The notes: generated by a model not told the origin, from the letters alone. DNA of 64,000 nucleotides from Candidatus Obscuribacteraceae bacterium (GCA_044226015.1 JBGAHS010000003.1:736001-800000), one strand, 5' to 3'; shown: positions 19,902 through 29,748, counted from the stretch's first letter. Numbers and translations: made by a program.

Positions 19902-20654
19902 TTATGCATCTAGCATTGGTCCTTCTTTTGTCGCGTGAGCAAACTGGTGAATATAGGGATTATTAGATTCCTGAGCATCCTCAGGAGTTCCTTCCCATAC
20001 TATTTTGCCAGCATGCATCATGATTATTCTCTCTGCAGTGCGAGTCCAAGTGGAAAATTGGTGAGTAACTACAATCGAAGCTGCGTGCAACTCCTTTTCT
20101 AGCTCAATAATATAATCTTCCACGATGGTTGACATTACAGGATCGAGTCCTGTGGTCGGTTCGTCATAGAGAATAATTTTAGGGTTATAAACCACAGCTC
20201 GCGCAAAGCTTGTACGCTTTTGCTGACCGCCCGATAGCTCGCTCGGGAAGTGGTCAAGGTGGTCGCCTAAACCCACAAGTTCCAGAGTCTTCTGAATCTG
20301 GGACGCCTTGTCAGCCTTGCTCATCTTACGCCCTCGCAGGGCAAGCTCAAGATTCTCACGAACCGTATATGAATTTAACAAGGCAGAACCCTGAAACACG
20401 AGCCCAATCTCGTTTTTGTCTACTTCAATCTCACCAGAGTCGGGCTCAAGCAAGCCACAGAGAATCTTGAGAATGGTCGACTTTCCACAACCAGAAGGTC
20501 CAATGATTCCCAGCGTTTCCCCGGGATATACCTCAAAGCTAATACCGCGTAGAACGGGACGCCCATCGAAACTCTTATGGACGTTTCGAAACACTATTGC
20601 CGGGCTAGCCTCTTTGTACTTTCCAGTCACAGAGCCATCCTCATCTCGGTGCAT
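19902..20654 (-). CDS. mlaF: MlaF-type ABC ATPase
   Basis: GPSGCGKS, LSGGQQKR, LYDEPTTGLDP; operon with mlaD/mlaE. Confidence 0.9.
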   Translation of the reverse strand: MHRDEDGSVTGKYKEASPAIVFRNVHKSFDGRPVLRGISFEVYPGETLGIIGPSGCGKSTILKILCGLLEPDSGEIEVDKNEIGLVFQGSALLNSYTVRENLELALRGRKMSKADKASQIQKTLELVGLGDHLDHFPSELSGGQQKRTSFARAVVYNPKIILYDEPTTGLDPVMSTIVEDYIIELEKELHAASIVVTHQFSTWTRTAERIIMMHAGKIVWEGTPEDAQESNNPYIHQFAHATKEGPMLDA

Positions 20655-21561
20655 AGGTCAGCGAAGTGACCACGAAATTGAAGATAAAGATCATCGTCAT
20701 TGTCCACACAATTGAGCGTGTAGTTGCGATGCCCACATCTTCTGCTCCCCCACGCGTACTCAAGCCAATGGCGCACGAGAAGATCGTGACTATGGTTCCG
20801 TTGATGAAGGCTTTGAGAAAATGAACGACAAAATCTCGCTCAAGAATTGTTTGCTTGACCGAGTCCAGAAATGTAGCTGGCGGAACATTAGCCGCACTGG
20901 CTGCAATGTTGATGCCGGCGATCAAACCAATAAACATTGCATATACCGAAAGTGCTGGCATCATGAGAATGCCGGCTAAATATCGAGGCACCACCAAAAA
21001 CTCGACAGGATCAATTCTCATAACATGCAGCGCATCGATTTGCTCTGTAATCATCATGGTCGTCAGCTCTGCAGCAATTGATGAGCCAACACGCCCAGCC
21101 ATCATGACTCCTGCGGTAATTGGTCCAATTTCACGAATGAGTGCCAGTGACACCACGCCGCCAATTGCGGTATCAGCTCCAAACAAAACAAGTTCTCTGG
21201 AAATCTGCAAAGACATTGCAAAACCGGTAAATAGAGCCGTCAGCCCGACAACGAGAAAGGACTTGAGCCCGATCATCTCGCACTGCCTTATGGTTTCTGC
21301 AAACTCAATTTTTCCTTTGAAAATTGCCACCCAGACTTTGACCAGCAAAATGATGGCAAGACCAATCATTCGCACGCCGCTGCCGAAGTACGCCTCAAGG
21401 AAAAGAAATGGGTTTGTTATCCGCTTCTTTTTTCTGGATTCGAATTTTGGGGCATCTACAGCCGATGAACCGTTTGACAACCAACAAACCCCGCGTCTCT
21501 TCGTAGTACGTTTTAGCAATTTCAAAACGCCTAGCATAACCAATGCATACAGTTTCTGCAC
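20641..21561 (-). CDS. mlaE: MlaE-type ABC permease (true start probably downstream)
   Basis: REIGPI..AGRVGSSIAAEL..TEQIDAL..LVVPR..GGAEDVG.ATT. Confidence 0.9.
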   Translation of the reverse strand: MQKLYALVMLGVLKLLKRTTKRRGVCWLSNGSSAVDAPKFESRKKKRITNPFLFLEAYFGSGVRMIGLAIILLVKVWVAIFKGKIEFAETIRQCEMIGLKSFLVVGLTALFTGFAMSLQISRELVLFGADTAIGGVVSLALIREIGPITAGVMMAGRVGSSIAAELTTMMITEQIDALHVMRIDPVEFLVVPRYLAGILMMPALSVYAMFIGLIAGINIAASAANVPPATFLDSVKQTILERDFVVHFLKAFINGTIVTIFSCAIGLSTRGGAEDVGIATTRSIVWTMTMIFIFNFVVTSLTYAPR

Positions 21562-21807
21562 TGTTTGCTTGTAAATCTGCGAGAGAAACTCTTTACTGGC
21601 GCCAATCTAACGGTTCTAGAATCTATTTCATCTAACTGGACAGCAGAAGTCTGAGCCAGTCAGGGGAAATTCCCCAGCATTCAAAACCTAACGCAGAAGC
21701 CCATTTTCCGCTCCTGTCGCCTTCATGCGTGATTTCCCCAGTGAATTTTAGCTTCAGTTAAGCTTAAATCCTTTCTGTAACGTTGGTCCGCTTAACGGCA
21801 TTTCGGC

Positions 21808-22482
21808 ATGAACCATCAAGACCCAGGCGATCTCAGTATCGAATCTCTTTTCTCAAGCAGAGGACCGCTAGATTTCAATAGCAGTGCTTTTAAAGCGTCC
21901 CCCGAGCTGAGAGAACTTCAAGAGCGATTCATCAAAGCCAAAAACGAAAAACAGAGCATGTCAATCATGGGCAGCTGCCTTGCCATGGCCAACCCCATCA
22001 TGCCGCTGGGTTTTCTCGCCACCTTGTTCCTTCTGGGCAAAATGGATGGAATGGATAAGGATCCCTTCGCCCTTGAAATGGGTGGAAACAAGACGCTCAA
22101 AGGAGAGATGGCACGAATCGCCGCTGCAGAAGCCTTGCTTCGCAAGCGCAAAGAAAGCGGAGAGGATCCTGAATCGAATGCCTATCTCAAATACGCATCC
22201 AGAGAACTGGCTATGCGTCCGTATAAATCAGCTTTGCGACCACTGAGAGCAAACGAAAAACGCGTAATTCCCAACAAACAATCGCGCGAAAACCTTGGCA
22301 CTAACAGTTTTTTCATCACCAAGGAAAAGCAAGCTAAAATGCGCGAGATAAAGAAGCAGAAAATTCTTCTTGAAAGTATTGCCCAGAAAGAAAGAGAAGA
22401 GCAGAATCTGGCTGAGGCTAGCCAGATTTCGCAAAAATTAGAGTTGCTAGACAAACTCTTGAACAAGATGGAAAAATCCTAA
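21808..22482 (+). CDS. Hypothetical protein (one hydrophobic segment, C-terminal coiled coil)
   Basis: 224-aa ATG ORF occupying an intergenic gap. Confidence 0.6.
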   Translation: MNHQDPGDLSIESLFSSRGPLDFNSSAFKASPELRELQERFIKAKNEKQSMSIMGSCLAMANPIMPLGFLATLFLLGKMDGMDKDPFALEMGGNKTLKGEMARIAAAEALLRKRKESGEDPESNAYLKYASRELAMRPYKSALRPLRANEKRVIPNKQSRENLGTNSFFITKEKQAKMREIKKQKILLESIAQKEREEQNLAEASQISQKLELLDKLLNKMEKS

Positions 22483-22664
22483 CCCTGCGAAGTCCAGGAT
22501 CCGCACCCAAGCAGAGCGAATCGGTTTGAAATATGGCCGGTCAATTATCTCCAGTCTTATGAACGCGAAACTTGACTGATTAATCTGAAATCGCCTACTT
22601 ATTCACCAATAGACCGCTTCAAACAGAAAATTTCTGGGTAAATCATGCAGCGTGGACATCTTTC

Positions 22665-23327
22665 GTGATGGAGACGGAAGTGCAGGACAATTACATTAAA
22701 GCGGGAAGTCCAGACACCCCCGCTGATGAATTGAGAGCTCTTATAGCTGACAACGACCCTTCGGTCAGGAGGCGACTTGCAGAAAACCCACACACTCCGG
22801 AAGATGTACTACTCAAACTAGCGGTAGACGAGAATACAGAGGTCAGATGCGCCGTGGCCGATCATGATAGTGCACCAAGAGAAGTACTTGAAAAACTAGT
22901 AAGCGACGATGATGTCCAGGTTCGCTATGCGGTCGCTGGTCAATACTCTTTGCCAGTAGACCTCCTGGAGAAGCTATCCACCAGTGATGAGAACCCCTAC
23001 GTGCGTGACCACGCCAGGCGAACACTGGAAGGAATTTTTCTTGAGCAAGCACTGAATGAAGCAGGCTTTGTTCCGAAAGCTGGCGCTAAAGAAAAGCTAG
23101 GAGACTTGCTCAGCGACGCCGGAGTCTTAACCGAAGAGCAAATTTTGGAACTTGTGAGAATTGCCGGAGAACGTGGCGTTCCTTTGGGGCACGCCCTGGT
23201 TGAATCGCGCTGCGTTAGCAGGTCGGTAGTTGTTGCTGCACTGAAAGCACAACTCAGCGTCAGAGATGGCAGCATGACGCACCAGGACGCTGTATACAAT
23301 GTCAAACACGTTTGGGGTAAGCCCTGA
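22665..23327 (+). CDS. HEAT/LRV-repeat protein with C-terminal GSPII_N/MshEN-like segment
   Basis: VRRRLAENPHTP.DVL..LA.D repeats; KLGDLLSDAGVLTEEQI...LGHALVE. Confidence 0.7.
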   Translation: MMETEVQDNYIKAGSPDTPADELRALIADNDPSVRRRLAENPHTPEDVLLKLAVDENTEVRCAVADHDSAPREVLEKLVSDDDVQVRYAVAGQYSLPVDLLEKLSTSDENPYVRDHARRTLEGIFLEQALNEAGFVPKAGAKEKLGDLLSDAGVLTEEQILELVRIAGERGVPLGHALVESRCVSRSVVVAALKAQLSVRDGSMTHQDAVYNVKHVWGKP

Positions 23328-23350
23328 GAACCAATTTAGTAAATCGTACT

Positions 23351-23390
23351 AAACAAAAGAGCCGACCTCGAAAGGTCGGCTCTTTTGTTT
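23351..23390. terminator. Bidirectional intrinsic terminator
   Basis: Perfect inverted repeat AAACAAAAGAGCCGACCT-CGAA-AGGTCGGCTCTTTTGTTT between convergent genes. Confidence 0.9.
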
Positions 23391-23403
23391 CACAAGGAAT
23401 CTC

Positions 23404-24804
23404 TCACGCGACAGAACCCTCAGGAAGTGCAGTTAGTTCAGGAACCTGGACATCACGATTACGATTCAAATTGGTGCCAACAACTTCACCGTTTGTTTCA
23501 GGAAGCCAGAATGCAGTAATGAATCCAATTCCATAAACCAGAGCGAGTGTAGCGCTGGCATAAGCATAAGAACCGTGATAGAAAGCAATGAGCTGAGCAC
23601 CAAAAAGTGCCAATACTGCCGCAAAAATTCTTCCAGCACCAAAACAAATACCCGTTGCAGTTGCTAAGACTGATGTTTTAAAAGCTTCTGGAATATAAAC
23701 TTGCAAGCCCGACCACTGCATGTTGATCAATGCGCCAGCAAGAGCGCACCAGATTAGCAATGGCGTTCCATAAGAATGAACGAGCAAAAACATGCTTATT
23801 GTTGCGAGCATGCCACCACCAAAGCCTATCTTAAAAGTGTTTGCACGGCCGAGCTTCTGCACCATAATCGGTGAAAGAAAACAACCAAGCAGACCACCAA
23901 GACTGAATATGGTGGTTGCCCAACTGCGTTCTTCAATGGCGAGAGTTCCAGATAATTGATTAACCCAGGCCGGTATCCACGCTACACATGCCCAATAGCC
24001 CACAACTGCTGATGAGCCCAGAACAGCTGTAAGCAATAGACGCTTGCGGTCTTCGCCTTGAATCAATTCGAGTATCGGATGACGAACCAGAGCTTGATCG
24101 TGCTCGTCCAAGTCTTCCTTCTTACGAGATTTAAGGCTCTTTCTCAACGCATCAACTTCTTCAAAAGAGTTCGATTCCTGCATGTTAGAGCGAATATATA
24201 AAGTCAACAAAGCAGGAATGACGCCAGCCACGAAGAGCCACCGCCATCCGTGCGGACCAAGCAACATGTTGGCCAATGCAGATAGCATCAAACCTACATT
24301 GAATGAACTTTCAAGCGCACAGGCGGCCCACAGCCGCCCCTTCTTGCTCCAGAACTCGGAGATCACAACACCACCAAGACAAATTTCGCCCCCGATTCCG
24401 CAGCCTACAAGAAAGCGACAAGCAGCGAACTCCACCCAGTTATGCGCCAGTGCGCAGAATCCGGTGGCTACAGAATAAATCAAAATTGTCAACATCATTG
24501 TCTTGCGACGACCAATTCGATCAGCAACTACTCCAAAACCGATTGCGCCGAAAAACCAACCGAGCATGAAGATTGCAAGCACAAGAGAGCCTGTCTGCCC
24601 GACCGCTATGTCTGACTTGTTATTGATGAGTTCCGAAATCGCTGGAACCAGAGCTATAAAATAAAGCGATGCATCCATCGCATCGAAAGCTTCACCGAGC
24701 CAGGCCGCTAGCAAAGCATGCCAGTGAGCATGTTTCTTGCCGCCTTCGATCTGTTCTTTCGCCTCTGCCAAACTCGAAATCGGTTTCTTGTCGCATGCAA
24801 TCAT
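23404..24804 (-). CDS. MFS transporter
   Basis: FDAMD, GVVADRIGRRKT (motif A), RFLVGCGIGGE, LPET; ATG 24804 after AGGAG. Confidence 0.92.
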   Translation of the reverse strand: MIACDKKPISSLAEAKEQIEGGKKHAHWHALLAAWLGEAFDAMDASLYFIALVPAISELINNKSDIAVGQTGSLVLAIFMLGWFFGAIGFGVVADRIGRRKTMMLTILIYSVATGFCALAHNWVEFAACRFLVGCGIGGEICLGGVVISEFWSKKGRLWAACALESSFNVGLMLSALANMLLGPHGWRWLFVAGVIPALLTLYIRSNMQESNSFEEVDALRKSLKSRKKEDLDEHDQALVRHPILELIQGEDRKRLLLTAVLGSSAVVGYWACVAWIPAWVNQLSGTLAIEERSWATTIFSLGGLLGCFLSPIMVQKLGRANTFKIGFGGGMLATISMFLLVHSYGTPLLIWCALAGALINMQWSGLQVYIPEAFKTSVLATATGICFGAGRIFAAVLALFGAQLIAFYHGSYAYASATLALVYGIGFITAFWLPETNGEVVGTNLNRNRDVQVPELTALPEGSVA

Positions 24805-24987
24805 GTGCTGACTATCTCCTCTAATGACCTTGCAATCATGAGGGAGGCTGCGTGACATATCCGTTGTAGGACTTGCGGAAAATACGAGCAACGAGCTGCA
24901 AAATGAGCAATTTAATCTTTAAAAGCAAACATGCCGCCTAAAACAGCAGCATGCCTTGCGCTATTCGTTGCCACTTTATTTGGTGGC

Positions 24988-26043
24988 TTATTTTTTCGGG
25001 TCCTTCCAGGACTCTTGACCAACACGAAATGCAATCAATGGCTTGGATGCGCCGTCTTGAACCACCCAGACCAGTGGTGGCTTGTCCATTTTGAAGGATC
25101 TCTCGATAGGAGCAAGACTTCTGGTCATTCCCATTCCCAACCCCTGTTTGATCTCAGCACCGTTTTGATCAAAATCTGCTGAAGTAAAAATCTTTGCCTG
25201 CGTCACTGAAAGTCCGCCATTGGCTTGCATTCCCAAGAGCTGAGGAACGTCTCCCTCATCTCGGACCTTCATCTTTGGAATAACAGCTTTCGAATACTCA
25301 TCACTCGGCGTGTTCTTGCCTGGCGTAAGCTCAAATGCGGCTTTATAAGCGGAATAGCCCTTCATGTCGCCATCTGCAGGGGACATGTACATCGTTATAC
25401 CTTTTGCATCATCTCTATAGACTTCAATTACGGTCTTACCATTTACATTAAACGACTTAACGCTCTTCTCGAAGGCATCAAACTCTTTGTCTTTGCCAGA
25501 CTCATCTTTGGCAGTCAGCTTCGTTTCCTTGCCCTTCCAGTCAGCCTTGAAGTCGAAAACGCCACCAGCAGCGACACCATCAGGACCAACATCTTTTAGC
25601 TTGATCGGGATGCCGTGTCGTGCAAACATTTCATTGACTTTGTCTGAGCCACCGGCTTGAGCCGCTCCATCCAACAAACCAAGTTTCTTCAGAGCATCTA
25701 CTTCTGGACCCAGAGAGGCTGACTGGTTTAACAACTCTCTCTGTGCTTTGTTAATTGGTTTCCAATTAGGATCTGTTTTGAGGTCACCCTTCATTGCCTC
25801 AGTAAGCGCAGCAAACACATAAGGACTAGGTGGCAAGGTGCCTGCACCGGCAACCTTATCACCCCAGGCAGGACCTTCCTTGGCACTATCGTTAACACGT
25901 GCTGGAGACTGTTTGTCAGTTGCAGGAATTCTATCTGCAGCAACTTTCGACCAGGGATTTTCTGTAGCCGTGTCCTTGCTTGGCTCAGCCTCTTTTTGCT
26001 GGAAAGGAGATGCTTTTCTGTGTTCTGCTGCTTCGCCGGCCAT
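24988..26043 (-). CDS. Divergent, shortened serpin-like protein
   Basis: SPY..AL, FDFKADW, IPKMKV, DFDQNGAE..MGMTRSL..FKMDKPPLVWV..LIAFRV follow the serpin motif order. Confidence 0.6.
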   Translation of the reverse strand: MAGEAAEHRKASPFQQKEAEPSKDTATENPWSKVAADRIPATDKQSPARVNDSAKEGPAWGDKVAGAGTLPPSPYVFAALTEAMKGDLKTDPNWKPINKAQRELLNQSASLGPEVDALKKLGLLDGAAQAGGSDKVNEMFARHGIPIKLKDVGPDGVAAGGVFDFKADWKGKETKLTAKDESGKDKEFDAFEKSVKSFNVNGKTVIEVYRDDAKGITMYMSPADGDMKGYSAYKAAFELTPGKNTPSDEYSKAVIPKMKVRDEGDVPQLLGMQANGGLSVTQAKIFTSADFDQNGAEIKQGLGMGMTRSLAPIERSFKMDKPPLVWVVQDGASKPLIAFRVGQESWKDPKK

Positions 26044-26207
26044 ACTCTTACCCCTCGTTACCAGAGCCTGAGCTCCAGATACTATTTACCCAATGACTCG
26101 CAACCCGATCGAAAACCTTAACTGGATCACATTTTGCGGGAATTTCATCGCAGAGTAACTGTGTATTAACGCAGAAATTAAGCTAGAACCTGCATTTTTA
26201 CTGGACC

Positions 26208-26336
26208 TTTAAAATACAAAAAGCGCTGGAAAAGCAGATGATTCGGTTGTTTCAACACGAACACGCCGCAATGGGCCAGAATATTTTGTAGCGGGCATAC
26301 CTCTAACGGATCCCCAACAGTTTAAAACTGAAAAAG
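26208..26336 (-). repeat. Two tail motif copies (minus-strand orientation)
   Basis: TTTAAAATACAAAAAG 26208-26223; TTTAAAACTGAAAAAG 26321-26336. Confidence 0.78.
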
Positions 26337-26348
26337 GTCGAAAAAGTA

Positions 26349-26376
26349 CAGAAAGGGGCTGAAAAGCCCCTCTCTG
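26349..26376 (-). terminator. 3' hairpin of the 26425-27063 unit
   Basis: CAGAAAGGGGCT-GAAA-AGCCCCTCTCTG followed by T-tracts on minus strand. Confidence 0.7.
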
Positions 26377-26424
26377 CATGGCGACACGTTCAGATGGATC
26401 CATCGTCATGCGTCACCCAGACAC

Positions 26425-27063
26425 TCAGTTCTTTAACCGGTCAAATGCCACTGCACCGTCCGCAAGAGCATCTTTCTTGCTACCCACTTTGCCAGTTTCC
26501 AGCACACAGGAACGGAGCAGTTTGTCCTGGACCCGGTAAGCGGCCCGAACTTCGTAGTAAAACCCACCGGCCACACCCCTTACCCACAACTGAGTTTCCT
26601 GCGTTCCCTTCAGTTCGCGCTTCACTAAGGCAAGGGTGTTATTTTCCTTCGGGTAGAGGTCTCGGAAGAACCTGGCGATGATTCTTGCGGGAAGAATCAG
26701 AACCAGACTGCAGGGAAGCGCGAGAATTGCAGTCACCGCCATGGTACAGAGCGTATCGAACACTCCCTCACCCGGGCGCCACCAGCTGCTCATGAGAATG
26801 CCGAGGCAGGCGAGGTAGCAAGCAGCAGCCAGAGAATCGAGATTGCTTGCCACACGAATCGGCAGGAAGACGGCCAGTCGAATCAGTAACGCGATGAGCA
26901 TCGAGCCGAAGAGCGAGATGAATGCAGCACAGCCAACCGTCAGAAGGAGGTCTGCAGCACCGTTAATTCCATCCCACCAGTTCCACAGCAGCAGCCCGAA
27001 GCAGAGCAGAAAAGAGAAAGCTGCCAGATTGAAGTGACCGCCCGTTTTAGCTTGCGCTCTCAA
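26425..27063 (-). CDS. Hypothetical 4-TM membrane protein with soluble C-terminal domain
   Basis: TTG start after SD AGGAG; four hydrophobic segments. Confidence 0.75.
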   Translation of the reverse strand: MRAQAKTGGHFNLAAFSFLLCFGLLLWNWWDGINGAADLLLTVGCAAFISLFGSMLIALLIRLAVFLPIRVASNLDSLAAACYLACLGILMSSWWRPGEGVFDTLCTMAVTAILALPCSLVLILPARIIARFFRDLYPKENNTLALVKRELKGTQETQLWVRGVAGGFYYEVRAAYRVQDKLLRSCVLETGKVGSKKDALADGAVAFDRLKN

Positions 27064-27303
27064 TGAAGTCTCCTATTTGAATTGTTTTCGAACGAGAGGA
27101 ACGAACAAATTCGTTCCAATCAAGATTGGTAAAGCAGTGATGGAGAATGCTCGTTAGCTAGATTTTGATGTAGTTCCTTTCTTTGGAGAGTGAATTAAAG
27201 TAAGGTATGCACACTCTCACTTCCCGAGACTGCTCTTCAAGCAAGAGTATGCGGAAGCTACCAGCAACTCCGGCCGAAATTCCTTGCTGAACTGCGCAAG
27301 CTT

Positions 27304-28374
27304 CTAAGGTTGATGCGTCGAAGCTGGTGTAGTCCTGTGCCCTGGCTGCAAAATGCTCCATCCCACCAAACACACAAACAACGCCAGAGCGATCAGTATG
27401 CAGCCGCTGATGACACTCATTAGCTTTGAGTCTTTTTGCTCATGGAGATTTTCTTCCTCGATTTGTTGAAGGTCTCTCTCAATGATGGCTTTCGCCATGC
27501 TCTCGTATTCATCAACTGGATGCGCTTTCACTTTGCCAGTTTCAACAAAACTCTCAATATCTGCAACTAATTCTGCAAAAGATTGATATCGATTAGCAGG
27601 ATTTTTCTGCAATGCTTTCCAACAAATCGATTCCAACGCCGGGCTGAATTGGCTACCAAACCTGGTTTCGTTAAAGCGCTTGGGATATTCGTTTACCTGC
27701 TTATACACAACAGCGTAGGGATCATCATCAGTGAAAGTCTTTTCTCCTGTGAGCATCTCATAGAAAACACAAGCAGCTACACATATCTCACTGCGTTGAT
27801 CAAGAGGCAGATGTCTTCCATGCTCTGGACTCATATAATGAACGAATTTGATCGACTCTTCAGCTTTCTTATCGATGAAAGCAGCCTTCTCTATTTCAAC
27901 TAAAACGGCGAAATCAGTCAGTTTCAGCTCGCCATCATCTTGCACCAGAATGCTTGCAGGAGAAAGCGCAGCGTGCATTCGACCGTTCTCATGCAAGTAT
28001 GCTAGTGCGCCTGCAATTTGCCGCATCTGAGCAACGATTTTTTCTTGAGATTGCGAGCCTTTTCTGATGATGCTCGCAAGACTTTCGGCAGAGACGAACT
28101 CACTCACTACAATTGGACTGCCACTATCCTCAACTCCCAGCTCGATTAGAGCTAAGAGGTTGGGATGACTCAATTTCTTGAGATCAGCAGTTTCGCTCTT
28201 AAATTTCGAAATTGAATCATCATCTTGTGCCTGGTAATCAGTGAGTTGCTTGAGTGCAAAAACATTTCCACTCAGTTCATCAAGCGCTTTGTGAGCAATT
28301 CCTGAGCCGTAATCTGTAAGAGAATCCAGCCGCCTGTAGCGATTAAGATAAAGCACCTTTTCCTGAGCTGACAT
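27304..28374 (-). CDS. Ser/Thr kinase-like protein, probable pseudokinase, with C-terminal TM anchor
   Basis: ALK, LSHPNL, YMSPE retained; catalytic loop reads HAALSPASIL and DFG reads DFA; ATG 28374. Confidence 0.85.
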   Translation of the reverse strand: MSAQEKVLYLNRYRRLDSLTDYGSGIAHKALDELSGNVFALKQLTDYQAQDDDSISKFKSETADLKKLSHPNLLALIELGVEDSGSPIVVSEFVSAESLASIIRKGSQSQEKIVAQMRQIAGALAYLHENGRMHAALSPASILVQDDGELKLTDFAVLVEIEKAAFIDKKAEESIKFVHYMSPEHGRHLPLDQRSEICVAACVFYEMLTGEKTFTDDDPYAVVYKQVNEYPKRFNETRFGSQFSPALESICWKALQKNPANRYQSFAELVADIESFVETGKVKAHPVDEYESMAKAIIERDLQQIEEENLHEQKDSKLMSVISGCILIALALFVCLVGWSILQPGHRTTPASTHQP

Positions 28375-28485
28375 ATTCTCTGCCTTGCTGTTTGCGAATA
28401 GAACAGTAGCAAAACAAGAAGCATCAATAAAGCTAGAGAGGCAAAAAAGATGAAAAAAGAACATAAAGCAGAACGAAAAAGCGCT

Positions 28486-28542
28486 TTTTAAAGTCAAAAA
28501 GTGGATGAAGAACTTTCCGCCAGTGCTTTAAAATGCGAAAAG
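28486..28542 (-). repeat. Two tail motif copies 41 bp apart
   Basis: TTTTAAAGTCAAAAAG 28486-28501; TTTAAAATGCGAAAAG 28527-28542. Confidence 0.78.
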
Positions 28543-28543
28543 A

Positions 28544-28571
28544 GGAGGGGAGCTATTGCTAGCCACCCTCC
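28544..28571 (-). terminator. 3' hairpin of the microprotein array
   Basis: GGAGGG..GCTA-TTGC-TAGC..CCCTCC. Confidence 0.6.
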
Positions 28572-28593
28572 CAAGTCCTTGTCCTTTCCTGCT

Positions 28594-28857
28594 TTACCAG
28601 GTTCTCATTTCGGCCGGTGTCCAGAGAAACTCTGTCGGCTTGTCGCCTTCCCGGTCGTGGAGAGATACGAAGTAGACGTTAGTGATGCTCTGCGCCACGT
28701 CCTGCAGATACTCGGTGTAAACCCGACCATCGGGCAGGGTGTAGCGACGCAGGGGCTCGAAGACCGCCGACAAGCTGCCGACGACCTCAACCTTGCAGGC
28801 GGTTTGAACGAGCTGCTTGGCGCATTCATTCAAACCTGCATAACGACTTCTTCTCAT
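28594..28857 (-). CDS. Hypothetical protein, paralog of 2681-3037
   Basis: SD GGAG; shared motifs YAGLN, LRRYTLPDGRVYTEYLQ, YFVSLHD, LWT..E. Confidence 0.85.
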   Translation of the reverse strand: MRRSRYAGLNECAKQLVQTACKVEVVGSLSAVFEPLRRYTLPDGRVYTEYLQDVAQSITNVYFVSLHDREGDKPTEFLWTPAEMRTW

Positions 28858-28899
28858 CAGAAAGCTCCGTTGTGAAAACCGAAGAGAGATTGCCCGAGC

Positions 28900-29073
28900 T
28901 TAGTGCTCGGAGCGCTTACCGGCGACGTTCATCAGAACGATGATGCCAAGGACGAGCCCTGCCGTCAGCACATTGCCGACGAACTGCTTGCCGCTCTTCA
29001 ACGCGCGGATGACGCGAGAACGCGGCGCGGTGGGCTCTTCGATGAGCGTGGGGTTCAGAATGATGTCGTGCAT
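28900..29073 (-). CDS. 57-aa single-TM microprotein MHDIILNPTL...GLVLGIIVLMNVAGKRSEH
   Basis: Hand-translated; SD GGAG; C-ending codons. Confidence 0.75.
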   Translation of the reverse strand: MHDIILNPTLIEEPTAPRSRVIRALKSGKQFVGNVLTAGLVLGIIVLMNVAGKRSEH

Positions 29074-29119
29074 AGGTTCATTTCTCCGTGTGGTGGTGAA
29101 GCGTTATCGTTCTTCGCGA

Positions 29120-29194
29120 TTAGCTGCGGATGTTGCGAGCACCGATCAGCATGATGGCGAAGATGATGAGGACGATGAAAGCGAGAGCTTCCAT
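29120..29194 (-). CDS. 24-aa TM microprotein MEALAFIVLIIFAIMLIGARNIRS
   Basis: Hand-translated; SD AAGGAG 7 nt upstream; ATC/GTC/TTC codon bias. Confidence 0.75.
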   Translation of the reverse strand: MEALAFIVLIIFAIMLIGARNIRS

Positions 29195-29230
29195 TTAGTT
29201 TCTCCTTGTTTGTTCGATAGACGAAATCCG

Positions 29231-29296
29231 CTATCTGCCGACCAATTGAATCAGCAGCAGAAAGAGGATCATGAGGAATACCAAAACTGCAGGCAT
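29231..29296 (-). CDS. 21-aa TM microprotein MPAVLVFLMILFLLLIQLVGR
   Basis: Hand-translated; SD AGGA. Confidence 0.6.
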   Translation of the reverse strand: MPAVLVFLMILFLLLIQLVGR

Positions 29297-29332
29297 TGGA
29301 TGTTTCCTGTACGACTTTCCTACGACTCGGTC

Positions 29333-29428
29333 TCAGCCTTTCTTGCGACGCTTGATCTCGCCGATGACGGCGACAACTCCGGCGCCGATGAAGAAGGCAA
29401 TGAGGACCGCTCCGATAACGTGTTCCAT
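29333..29428 (-). CDS. 31-aa TM microprotein MEHVIGAVLIAFFIGAGVVAVIGEIKRRKKG
   Basis: Hand-translated; SD AAGGAAAGG; TM helix plus basic tail. Confidence 0.75.
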   Translation of the reverse strand: MEHVIGAVLIAFFIGAGVVAVIGEIKRRKKG

Positions 29429-29469
29429 GCTAGTGACCTTTCCTTGTTTCTTGCTTGTTCAGTTGAATT

Positions 29470-29727
29470 TCAGTCCTTCCGGCAGATGCTACGCAGAACG
29501 TAGATCAGTGACTGCAGCGGAATCGAGAGCAGAAGCAGCCCGATGGCCACAATCCAGAAGCTGAAGAGCGAGTAGAAGGCAGCCAACACGGCGGTTCCGA
29601 AGAGCCCACCGAGGCTGTCAATTCCCGACCACATGCAGGACATCCAGAGGATGAACGTGATCAGGAACGAGAGAGGACCGAGAATGCTCTGGTGCCACTC
29701 TTTCTTCTCAGAAGAGTTCTGGTTCAT
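29470..29727 (-). CDS. 85-aa hydrophobic membrane protein
   Basis: ORF track; two to three hydrophobic segments; in array. Confidence 0.7.
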   Translation of the reverse strand: MNQNSSEKKEWHQSILGPLSFLITFILWMSCMWSGIDSLGGLFGTAVLAAFYSLFSFWIVAIGLLLLSIPLQSLIYVLRSICRKD

Positions 29728-29748
29728 TCAAGTTTCTTTGCGCTGAAA

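Noticed and set aside
27291..27300. TGCGCA palindrome 230-300 nt upstream of four cassettes (also near 30772, 44028, 51311)
   Set aside because: A 6-mer that also occurs in several coding regions and is absent from other leaders; not distinguishable from chance by eye.
28375..28497. Hydrophobic N-terminal extension of the pseudokinase
   Set aside because: The Phe-rich sequence is the translation of the cassette T-tract tail; ATG 28374 is the more plausible start.
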